64,000 nt of DNA from Octopus sinensis. Lineage: Eukaryota. Positions 54,055 to 64,000 of the stretch are shown here, in pieces; the stretch's first letter is position 1; every line of letters begins with the position of its first letter. Made by a program: the position numbers and the translations under genes. Where the stretch lies: assembly GCF_006345805.1 (NCBI RefSeq), contig NC_043003.1:102920001-102984000 (forward strand), read 5' to 3'. The notes beneath the pieces were generated by a model that made no database searches, had not been told where the DNA came from, and was given only the letters and a program-made list of their open reading frames with translations.

Positions 54055-54220
54055 GTGCATTTATATGTGTGTGCATGTGTATGTGCATGCATGTACATAT
54101 GTGTGTGCATGTGTATGTGCATGCATGTACATATGTGTGTGCATGTGTATGTGCATGCATGTACATATGTGTGTGCATGTGTATGTGCATGCATGTACAT
54201 ATGTGTGTGCATGTGTGTGT
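54055..54220. repeat. 34-bp RY minisatellite (gtgtgtgcatgtgtatgtgcatgcatgtacatat), about 4 copies
   Basis: Visible directly. Confidence 0.85.
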
Positions 54221-54286
54221 GTGTATGTATACACATGTGTGTGTAATGAAATTACATGTGTAATATAAATATATATATGTATATAT

Positions 54287-54328
<42 letters not shown>

Positions 54329-54589
54329 CACATATATATATAAATATTGTATATATGCAGGTTGATAGTTAAATAGAAACAGAGAGAGGTGAATAGATGT
54401 ACATATATGTATGTTTTGCAGCTATGATGCAAATGGTTGAATGATTGTTATATATATTTAATTAGTACTTTAAAATCACACTATTAATTTACCAAAAAAT
54501 GTTACAATATAATTTACCAAGCACTGAAAGCCTTACATGGAATATAACTTTAGTAGAAATTCTTTTGTCCAATATTGTGAGTAAAATTG

Positions 54590-54627
<38 letters not shown>

Positions 54628-54712
54628 CTCTATCTCTATCTCTATCTCTATCTCTATCTCTATCTCTATCTCTATCTCTATCTCTATCTCTATCTCTATC
54701 TCTATCTCTCTC
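54590..54712. repeat. (CT)n-(TATC)n-(TATCTC)n compound microsatellite
   Basis: Visible directly. Confidence 0.95.
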
Positions 54713-54997
54713 GTCACTTGGTCTCTTCTCTTTACATGTATTTATAATAAACTTTTGCTTTTCCTACTGAAATTTTTTTTATCAAGGCCACAGAAAAAGT
54801 AACCTATATTATGTAAGTTCTACCTGTCACAGGCAAGGCTGTATGGTAAGAAATTTATTTTCCAGCCACATGGTTCTGGGTTCAGTTCTACTTTGTGCAT
54901 GTGTCTTCTAGTACAACCTCATACTGACTGCCTTGTGAGTGGATCTGGGAGACAGAAACTGAAAGAGGCTTGTCGTGTGTGTGTGTGTGTGTGTGTG

Positions 54998-55028
<31 letters not shown>

Positions 55029-55034
55029 CGTGTG

Positions 55035-56390
55035 TGTGTGTGTGTGTGTTTGTCCCCCACCACAGCTTCACAACTGGTTTCGGTGTGTTTATGACCCCAT
55101 AGCTTAGTGGTTCAACAAAAAGACCAACAGAATAAGTACTAGCCTTAAAAAAAAGTCCTTGGGTTGATTCCTTTGGTTAAAATTCTTCAAGGCAGTGCCC
55201 CAGCATGGCCACAGTTTAATGACTAAAACAAGTAAAAGATACGTGACAATTGTTGGTTTGTCAGCTGCATTCTCTAGTCCTACTTCACATCATATAGAGA
55301 AAAGGAGAGAGAGAGAGAGAGAGAGAAAGTAAATAGGAGTTACATAGAGAGTTAGCACAAGTGGTGTAAGATGAGTGTACGTACTAGGCTTGATGACAGT
55401 CACTGAGTAAATGCTTACCCTCACGCACATACACAGCAAGAGAAAAAATCTTAGAGACAGAGGAGAAGAGAGAATACACACATGTAGATGTGTGCGTGTG
55501 TGCGGGTATGTGCGTATATAGATGTGTGCTTGTGGGCGTGGCATGTGAGTACGTGCGTATATAGACGTGTCTTTAACATTGTTTTTTTACACGTTTTCCT
55601 GTATTTTGCTTTAACTCTGGTTTTTCCTGTGTATATCCGCGTATAGACATGTGTATGAATTTTTTTGTGCGCGTGTGTGTGTGCGTATATAGAGGGTATG
55701 CGCGTATATACGCGTGTGTGTGTGTGTGCGTGCGTGTGTGTGTGTGTGTGTTTGTCCCCCACCACAGCTTCACAACTGGTTTCGGTGTGTTTATGACCCC
55801 ATAGCTTAGTGGTTCAACAAAAACCAACAGAATAAGTACTAGCCTTAAAAAAAAGTCCTTGGGTTGATTCCTTTGGTTAAAATTCTTCAAGGCAGTGCCC
55901 CAGCATGGCCACAGTTTAATGACTAAAACAAGTAAAAGATACGTGACAATTGTTGGTTTGTCAGCTGCATTCTCTAGTCCTACTTCACATCATATAGAGA
56001 AAAGGAGAGAGAGAGAGAGAGAGAGAAAGTAAATAGGAGTTACATAGAGAGTTAGCACAAGTGGTGTAAGATGAGTGTACGTACTAGGCAGTCACTGAGT
56101 AAATGCTTACCCTCACGCACACACACAGCAAGAGAAAAAATCTTAGAGACAGAGGAGAAGAGAGAATACACACATGTAGATGTGTGCGTGTGTGCGTGCA
56201 TGTGAGTACGTGCGTATATAGACGTGTCTTACACATTGTTTTTTTACACGTTTTCCTGTATTTTTGCCTTTAACTCTGGTTTTTCCTGTGTATATCCGCG
56301 TATAGACATGTGTATGAATTTTTTTGTGCGCGTGTGTGTGTGCGTATATAGAGGGTATGCGCGTATATACGCGTGTGTGTGTGTGCGTGC
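55035..56390 (+). repeat. Tandem duplication with ~700-bp unit (SINE A tail + unique flank)
   Basis: tttgtcccccaccacagc at 55049 and 55751 (offset 702); copy 2 carries small deletions. Confidence 0.9.
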
Positions 56391-56546
56391 ATACGGGTAT
56401 GTGCGTACATAGACGTGGTATGCTCTTTGTATACTCCCTTACAACTTTTTCTGTATTGTTACCCTTAGCCCTGTTTTTTCTTGTGTTTGTGCGTATATAG
56501 ACGAGCGTATGAACCTTTATGGTGCGCGCGCGTGTGTGTCGGTTTG

Positions 56547-56593
<47 letters not shown>

Positions 56594-56867
56594 TATACAT
56601 TTGGCGAATGGTGCGGGTGAGGTTGTATACGTTTTTAGTGAAGGTGGATGAATGTATACTTTTAGGCGCATGCATGTGGGTGTATTGGCGCGCATGTGTA
56701 GGTATGAACATGCGCGCTTACGCGAATACTATGAACTTTTTACCCCCTTACTTTTACTCCCTCCCCTCACTTAGCGGTCATTCAAATAGCTCCTTTGTCT
56801 TAATAACGGTCAATCACACAGTAATTTCCCTTTGTATAATGGTCATTTTTCATAGTATTTTTCCGAT

Positions 56868-56941
56868 GGCCGGATAACTGAAGAGAGATGGCGGCGTGGA
56901 TTTCCACCTCGGCATCCGAAACTCGGAGTTTTATTATGGCT
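56868..56941 (+). ncRNA. Type I hammerhead ribozyme motif (HHR-1)
   Basis: GGCC..AUAA CUGAAGA, stem II G..GAUG/CAUCC, GAAA CUC G GAG, triplet GUU (56928-30), UUAU..GGCU. Confidence 0.65.
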
Positions 56942-57089
56942 GCCGAATAATTGTCGCACTACATTTACAGATAAATTCCTCTATTTACATAATATTGAGG
57001 TCTCTTTCTTTCTTTTGTTATCTTACCATTTTTATCAATACACACACACACACAAATATATATATATAATATAGAACAATCAATTAGTT

Positions 57090-57143
57090 GTCATAATAAT
57101 ACTCTGAGTTTCAGATGCCGCGGCTAAAAGATATCCTCACCAG
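57090..57143 (-). ncRNA. Inverted degenerate hammerhead copy (core CUGGUGA, stem I 5' arm lost)
   Basis: Reverse complement of the HHR-2 region 57161-57214 with several substitutions. Confidence 0.55.
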
Positions 57144-57150
57144 CATTTTT

Positions 57151-57214
57151 GTCTTAATAACTGATGAGGATGTCTTTTAGCTCAGGCATCTGAAACTCTG
57201 AGTATTATTTTGAC
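57151..57214 (+). ncRNA. Type I hammerhead ribozyme motif (HHR-2)
   Basis: GUC UU AAUAA CUGAUGA GGAUGUC..GGCAUCU GAAA CUC U GAG, triplet GUA (57202-04), UUAUU UU GAC. Intact core and all three stems. Confidence 0.8.
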
Positions 57215-57455
57215 AACTAACTGATTGTCCTATATTATATATAGATAAATTTCTCTATTTACATAATATCGAGGTCTCATTCATTCTTTTGTTGTCATAT
57301 TATTATTATTAATATACACACATATATAAAGTGTACATATATATACAGATATAGATACATGCACTTATATGTGCATATATATGCATATATATGTATACAT
57401 ATAGGCACACATATATGTATACATGCATGCGTGTGTGTGTGCATCAGCAGCAGCA

Positions 57456-58020
57456 GCCCGCCCTAGAAGTCCAACCCCTCCTCATCGTGGTAGGACGGTG
57501 AACGGGTGTGTCAGGGCTATGCCGTCGGGAACCTCGGTTCCTGGTAGGGCCACCCAAGGCGGATTTGCCTTGCACCCAGCCGTATTAGGGCCGCAACTCG
57601 GCCAACGGGGCTCTGGTGAAAATCCAGAAGGCGTCGTCATCAGGAAACAGCGGCTCCTGGTCGTCCTGGCTGCGTCGTGGTGAATCTTCGACAAGCAAGG
57701 CCGGTGGGAGATGCGTCCTTCGCAAATGGAGAGAGGACAGCAAGCTACTTCAAGCATGTTCGACCTCTACTCCTCAGTGCATGATGGGCGTACCTCCTCC
57801 CTGACTTCCTACGCAACTGCTGAGCCTGGATGCGCATTCATCAATCCGTCGATGCTCTCGGTGTCGGGGGGTTGACCTGCTTTCTCTTCTGCGGGTCTTA
57901 CGAATAGCAAAGGACCACGTTTCGGACTTCTCCCACTACAGACAATCCTGAGGCGCGATCTTGCGAGCTCTGGGACGAAGATCGCTTCGCTCAACAAACA
58001 AACAAACAAACAAACAAGCA
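57456..58020 (+). mobile_element. Bipartite short retroposon: GC-rich non-tRNA head + 3' half shared with SINE family E
   Basis: 57797-57995 matches the reverse complement of ~62570-62735. Ends in a (CAAA)n tail and is flanked on both sides by (CAG)n. Confidence 0.65.
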
Positions 58021-58558
58021 GCAGCAGCAGCAGCAGCAGCATTTTGCTGCTTACTTTCCCTTGCTTGCATGAGTTAAATAGAATTTGTGTTGGAAAACTT
58101 TCTACAGCTGGATACCCTTCGTCACCTTTTCCAAACAAAGCGATCCTTTCACGGTCGATAAAATAAGTTCCAGTTGATCACTGGAGTCGATGTAATTGAA
58201 TTCTCTCCCCAAAAATTGCTGGCCTCGTGCCAAAATTTGAAATCATTATCAATAATAATCACCATCAATACTTGTTTAAGTTCTACCTTAAGTTATGTAA
58301 TGAAGTATGTTGAAGATTTGCAACCAATTAGCCACAGCATATAATGAGACAATTTATATCTGTCTACACATGACCATACCATGAGCCAACAAGGAAGCCT
58401 CTATATAACCGTTTTTTCCTTAGATAAAACAACTAATCTCTCTGAAATTACAACCACCACCTTTTGCAAGGAAGGCGTAAGTTCATTAATGTACATCTAC
58501 TAGTGAACACAGGTTTACTTAGCCAGGGTTGACCTTCGACCAAACAGCAATTAACAGT

Positions 58559-58594
<36 letters not shown>

Positions 58595-58744
58595 GTCATC
58601 ATCGTCGTCGTCCTTCAATGTTTGGTTTCCGTGCTTGAATGTGGTATCTAAGCACATACACACATACACATTCATGCATACACACGAACTCATGTATACA
58701 TGCATACAAGCATACATACATCTACCCACATAAATATATACATA

Positions 58745-58918
58745 TTCATTAAAGGTATGAGATGTGGGGTACAGGAGAGACGACTGCGCTGGTATGGTCA
58801 TGTATTGCGTATGAACGAGGACAGCTGTGTAAAGAAAGATAGACCCAGGAAGACATGGGACGAGGTGGTGAAGCATGATCTTCGAACGCTGAGCCTCATG
58901 GATGCAATGACAAATACG
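58745..58918 (+). pseudogene. RTE 3' fragment
   Basis: QERRLRWYGHVLRMNEDSCVKK..RPRKTWDEVVKHDLRTL. Confidence 0.8.
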
Positions 58919-58968
58919 GCTAAGCATTTCGCCCGGCGTGCTAACGTTTCTGCCAGCTCACCGCGATA

Positions 58969-59216
58969 CCGGTGACACGTAACCGGCACCCACGCCGGTG
59001 ACACGTAACCGGCACCCACGCCGGTGACACGTAACCGGCACCCACGCAGGTGACACGTAACCGGCACCCACGCCGGTGACACGTAACCGGCACCCACGCA
59101 GGTGACACGTAACCGGCACCCACGCCGGTGACACGTAACCGGCACCCACGCCGGTGACACGTAACCGGCACCCACGCCGGTGACACGTAACCGGCACCCA
59201 CGCCGGTGACACGTAA
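58969..59216. repeat. 26-bp GC-rich minisatellite (gccggtgacacgtaaccggcacccac), about 9.5 copies
   Basis: Visible directly; runs into the related retroposon sequence 'ccggtgacacgtaaaatgcaccc...'. Confidence 0.95.
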
Positions 59217-60019
59217 AATGCACCCATTACACATTTAGTGTGTTTGGCATTTGGAAGGGCATGGCGAGTCAGACTGCAGTCTGGTGAAGCTCTCTAGCTT
59301 ACTAGTTTCAGTCAAACTGTCTAACCCATGCCAGCAAGAAAAGCAAGAGCTAAATGATGATGATGATGATGATTCATACACACATTCATACATATGTTCA
59401 TGCATCTATATACATGGACATTCACGTGTGCATCTACACATGCATGCATACGCACATAAGCAGACGTGCATACATATTTAATAATGGGTTTCTTGCAGTT
59501 TCCGTCTGCCAAATCCACTCAGCTGTGATCAGCTCAAGGCTTTAGTAAAAGAATGTTCATTTTAATGTCAGCGCCATCACATTTAGCCAGGCAGGAAGAA
59601 AGTTATTATTCACAGAATCACAGATTCAAGTAAAGAACTTCACTGAAATTAATGGTAACGAATGCCACCACTTCTCAACTAAACTATTCATATCACAACT
59701 TCTCTATTTGCTGCAGCTTTGTTATGTCTTAGACACTAGACACAGATAGCCTCCATATTGTGGTTATATATAACTCTGCCAGTCATTTGAAGACCAGCAG
59801 CTGCAACAGCCTCCTACATTCGACCTTTAATCAAACAAGTCCAGAGTTGCCTGGAGTCAAGGAAAAGCTGACTTGAATGTGAAACTCTTTCATCGTTGGG
59901 GAGTGTTACGTTTGTAAGATGAGAACGAGAAAGAAGCAACAGTCTGTTTCCTTCAATTACAATGGAAACGGTGGTTAGTGGACAACTGTAGCCTGGTGGT
60001 GATGTGGGTATAAGCTGGA

Positions 60020-60300
60020 CATAGCTGCAGGTATGGCTGTGTGGGAGCTTGCTTCCCAACCGTGTGGTCTTCGGTTCAGTCCCACTGCATGGCATCTTCT
60101 ACTATAGCCCTCGGCCAACCAATGCCTTGTGAGTGGATTTGGTAGACAGAAACTGAAAGAAGCTCGTTTTGTGTGTGTGTGTGCGTGTGTTGTGTGTGTG
60201 CGTGTGTTTGTGTGTGTGTATGTGTGTGCGCGCGTGCGTGTGCTCTGTGTGTTTGTGTGTGTGTATGTGTGCTGTATTTGTCCCACACCAACGCTCGACA
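60020..60300 (+). mobile_element. SINE family A (head and centre)
   Basis: 'gcaggtatggctgtgtggg...ttcggttcagtcccactgc...ccttgtgagtggatttggtagacagaaactgaaagaagc'. Confidence 0.8.
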
Positions 60301-60559
60301 ACTCTGATAATTTGATGTCCTTTCTTGGATGATGCAACGAAATCATTTCCTATTAATCCCTGCGCGCTCGCACATTAATCCCACATTAGATATACTTAAA
60401 GTTGTGCTTCTTAAATTCAGTGCATATAATTACATAGCGACAAATAAACTGCCTTGGATTTTATCGTCAACCAATACATTGTCTATAAAATCATCAAGAC
60501 AAGCGTTGTACATTTTCATCTGTATACACATCACAAAACATGTAATATATATATATAAA

Positions 60560-60767
60560 GGAGAGCTGGCAGAATCGTGAGCAAACCGGGCAACACGCTT
60601 AGCAGCATTGCATCCGTCTTTAGGTTCTGAGTTCAAATTCTACCGACGTCAACTTTGCCTTTCATCCTTTCTGGGTCAATAAAAGAAGTACTTTTTGAGT
60701 ACTGGGGTCGATGTAATTGACTTATCCTCTCCCCACGCAATTGCTAGCCTTGTGCAAAATTTTGAAA

Positions 60768-60770
<3 letters not shown>
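60560..60770 (+). mobile_element. SINE family B
   Basis: 'gagctggcagaatcg...ttctgagttcaaattc...ttcatcctttctgggtcaataaa'. Confidence 0.8.
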
Positions 60771-60831
<61 letters not shown>

Positions 60832-60925
60832 GAAGGGTGAAATTAATTAATTTGGAATAATTATCAATTACACCAAGTAGTCTTCGGCATGTAAAAGCCT
60901 CATTCGAGGAGAATTTAAGTAATAC

Positions 60926-61090
60926 TAAGCAATAAAGGGTTTAGCAACGAATTGCCTTACCACATACCGAATTTAGAAATAGCAGTCAAAGAGTTTAGAA
61001 ATAGAAATACCGAATAGCTATAACTCTTTGACTGCTATTTCTAAATTCGGTATGTGGTAAGGCAATTCGTTGCTAAACCCTTATTGCTTA
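60926..61090. repeat. Near-perfect 70-bp inverted repeat with 26-nt loop between (TA)n tracts
   Basis: 60926-60995 versus 61022-61090, one 1-nt indel. Confidence 0.92.
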
Positions 61091-61121
<31 letters not shown>

Positions 61122-61559
61122 ATATGTATGTATGTATGTGTGTATGTGTGTGTGTGTGTGTGTCATCTTCTTCGCGCACTTGTTCCAAGAGAGGGTCGTT
61201 GAAGCAGTGCCCTTCAAGCACACCTTCCATCGAGTCCTGTCAGAAGCAACTATCTCCAATTGATCCGGCAGGACCAACCGAGGTCATGGATATTATTATC
61301 CAACCCTCTTGCTCACAGACTATCTCTGTGTCTCCTGCCGGCTGGTTTTTGCCCGTAAAACTTATCCAAAGACTGTTTCCCCGAGATATTCTTGTCCGTA
61401 GTATCGATGCTAAGATCTCTAAATTCAGAGAAGCAGCTGCTCTACCTGTAGCACCCCCCTGATCTCCGAGCTGTGAACTCTATCAAGTAACTTTATTTCA
61501 AAGACTCCTCAGAGGAATACCATCTCGGTCGCTTATATTTGGTCATCACTCAAGATTCG

Positions 61560-62990
61560 TGATCGTAGGCAAGGGCAGGTATGAACACCGAAATGAAGAT
61601 AGCGAGTTGGGCTTTTATGTCTATTTTCATTTATCTGATGACCAAATGTCAAAGCTAGAACATCATTGCACCAGCTCCTGCAATTCTTTATTTAATTCAG
61701 CCTCTTCTCTTCCATCATTCGAGTTCACAAGAGCAAGTAAGGAGCTCAAATGTGGCAAGGCTCCTGGAGAGGATGAAATTCGGCCTGAAATGTTAAAGGG
61801 GTTAAAATAGAGAAAAAAGTTTCTGGTTGACTTGTGTGTGCCAGGTGACAAAGATCTCTAGAAAGACACTGAAGTAGTGACAATAAGGAATGACCAGAAA
61901 GACTGATCCAATTATATAGGAATCTTCTAGTCAAGCCTCCTTAGTAAAGTCTAAGCTTGATGTCTGCTTCAGAGATGTGAGGATATTGTTGAATCCAAGC
62001 GAGCAGACTAGTGTGCTTTTTCGTCCCGGTTGCAGCAAAGCCGACCAAATACACTGCAGTAAGTTTTCGAGTAGTGGAAGTAATTTCAAGAGCTGTATGT
62101 TTGCTCCGCGGACCACGAAAAGGCATATCACTGTGTTTCACGGGACTTGTTGTGGATGGTTCTGCAGGAGTACGGAATCGATAAGCAATTTTTTGTTGCC
62201 TTGAAGTCTTTATGTATCTATGTAACTCGAAAGCATTCAACGTGGGTGTCGCACTCCGCCAAGAGTGCGTCCTGTCACCTCTCCTGTTCATAATATTTAT
62301 GGACAGGATTGACATGCACGGCCGGGCTGGAAGTGATATCGAGACCGGCGGGTGTGATATCAGTAGGCTGGAATTTGTAGATGACATTGTACTACTCCAC
62401 TTGTCGGAAGGTGATCTTCAACATGCACTTGATAAGTTTGTTGTTGTGTGTTGCTCGGTAGAATTAAAATCAGTGCCGCAAAGACTGAAACACTCACCCT
62501 CTCAAGGAGGCCTGTGTCATGCACTCCCTATGTGTGTGGATTTCTCTGATGTAGGTGCAGTTGCTGTTGCTGTTGAGCGTAGCGGTCTTCGTCCAGTGGA
62601 AGAAGTCCGAAACGTGGTCCTTTGCTATTCGTAAGACCCGCAGAAGAGAAAGCAGGTCAACCCCCGACACCGAGAGCATCGACGGATGGATGAATGCGCA
62701 TCCAGGCTCAGCAGTTGCATAGGAAGTCGGGGACAAGGAACAGGAAGAAAGAGTGAGAGAAAGTTGGAGCGAAAGAGTACAACAGGGGTCGGGACCCCCC
62801 CTCCTGCCGGAGCCTCGTGAAGCTTTAGGTGTTTTCGCTCAATAAACGCACACAACTCCCGGTCTGGGAATCGAAACCGCGATCCTGCGACCGCGAGTCA
62901 GCTGCCCTAACCATTGGGCTATTGCGCCTCCACTGATGTAGGTGCGGAAGTTCAAGTACATTGGGGCCGTTTTCACGAGTGCTAAAAGAT
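61560..62990 (+). pseudogene. Degraded RTE-clade LINE RT region, interrupted by a SINE
   Basis: GKAPGEDEIRPEMLK, FRPGCSKADQI, FNVGVALRQECVLSPLLFIIFMDRI and LEFVDDIVLL. Resumes after the SINE as KFKYIGAVFTS. Confidence 0.85.
62559..62932 (-). mobile_element. Full-length tRNA-derived SINE (family E) with 13-bp TSD
   Basis: TSD ctgatgtaggtgc at 62546-62558 and 62933-62945; head 'tggaggcgcaatagcccaatggttaggg...ggtttcgattccc'; (CAACAG)n tail. Confidence 0.92.
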
Positions 62991-63203
62991 AGGAAGCTGA
63001 ATTACACACATACACACACAAACAAACAAACAAACAATACTGGTAGAATCAACGAAAAACGCAACTCCATCTAGTGGGAGATAAATATCAAATTAATACA
63101 CAATCGAAAGAGTTATTAACAGTGGCATGTTTTTCTGTTCATAAATAAACAGAGCCTGAAAGATTGCTCGGAGATACATGGTGTATTTTATAAAATATGC
63201 CTA

Positions 63204-63711
63204 CCGGAAATCCTCGAGTATAATCCGCATTTCTTTCCCAAAATTTAAAGGTCAAAATCGCTAGTGCGTACTATATACGAGTTTAAAGATGAAAAATATT
63301 TTCTAAGCAATGTCCGAGTCTCGATTTGCTGTCCGGCAACTTTTTTATTCATTTTGTGATGTCGGGCGCGGAAATACCTTAAGCTAAGCCTGAAAGCAAT
63401 GAAGTCATAAAAGAATCATCTATAACTTGCAGTAAACAACATTTATTAAACGTTATTACTGTTATTTCTTTGTTTTCTGCAAACAAAATGCACAAAAAAG
63501 CTACACGTTTCAATTATGTTATATATACAATAATAATAAAGGACGTTACCGTATACAGTTTTACAAACCAAGGACGTTATATAGACCTCCTTGACTCAAG
63601 TTAGAGAAGGGGTGCGTATTATACACAAGGTTTAGGTTTTTCAGAGGTACAGCCTCCTAAAAATCCCCTGCGTATTATACTTAAGGGCGGACTATACTCG
63701 ATGATTTACGG
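63204..63711. mobile_element. pogo/Tigger-like MITE (508 bp)
   Basis: 25-bp TIRs ccggaaatcctcgagtataatccgc / reverse complement ccgtaaatcatcgagtatagtccgc; TA on both sides; subterminal tgcgta(c/t)tata repeats. Confidence 0.8.
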
Positions 63712-64000
63712 TAGTTATAGTATCATGAAACTATTAGTAGCTCTTTCGGTTGTGTAATGTGTGTGTGTGTGTACAGACGCGTATTAAAATACTTTCCGCA
63801 ATAAACATACGCTGGAATTAAAATGCTCCGCGGAGTCTCTGACATGAGGTATGGGCACTCAGTACCGTGTGTAATGCTTCATATAATCAAAGTGATTACG
63901 TAACACCTGTTCTTTTTGTCATTCGAAAATTGAGATATATAACGTTCTATACATAATGCTTGTAACTAGGATTATGTAAGTTTAGAAAAATCGTAATTTG

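Noticed and set aside
57905-57945. GAAACGUGGUC motif on the antisense strand of the SINE family E 3' half (also ~62610)
   Set aside because: No CUGANGA-like partner and no stem I; likely chance.
58969-59216. CRISPR-like array of palindromic repeats
   Set aside because: Units are head-to-tail with no unique spacers, there are no cas genes, and the context is eukaryotic.
60860-60912. Minus-strand hammerhead-like stretch (cgaatga-GGC/GCC-gaagac)
   Set aside because: Both core strands deviate (no CUGANGA, no GAAA) and stem I cannot be closed; at most a decayed remnant.
62840-62932. tRNA genes (also 36152-36230, 37340-37411, 34555-34595)
   Set aside because: A/B-box heads run directly into SINE bodies; I could not build a full cloverleaf with acceptor stem.

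Overview
AT-rich eukaryotic DNA made almost entirely of repeats. I can support no host protein-coding gene, rRNA, true tRNA or CRISPR array; nearly all long ORFs in the track are microsatellite read-through. The SINE families and the (TA)n/(TACA)n load suggest a cephalopod (Octopus-like) intron or intergenic region; this is an inference from repeat recognition. Decayed mobile elements present: (1) a Neptune-type Penelope-like element (RT + GIY-YIG) with an inverted terminal copy and a second truncated copy; (2) a Helitron remnant interrupted by a 5'-truncated HERO-type RLE retrotransposon and a full-length mariner; (3) three Tc1/mariner elements with different catalytic spacings (DD37E, DD34D, DD36E); (4) pogo-like and hAT-like MITEs; (5) RTE and L1-like fragments; (6) many tRNA-derived SINEs. 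The most interesting non-coding signals are RNA motifs: several minimal hammerhead ribozymes in Penelope-type terminal remnants (a tandem-plus-inverted cluster at ~56.9-57.3 kb, and recurrent core variants UUGAAAA and CUGUAGA), and a degenerate HDV-like motif heading a bipartite short element. The window also has several fold-back inverted duplications, including a ~4.75 kb asymmetric palindrome. All folds and alignments were done by eye, and boundaries are approximate unless stated.
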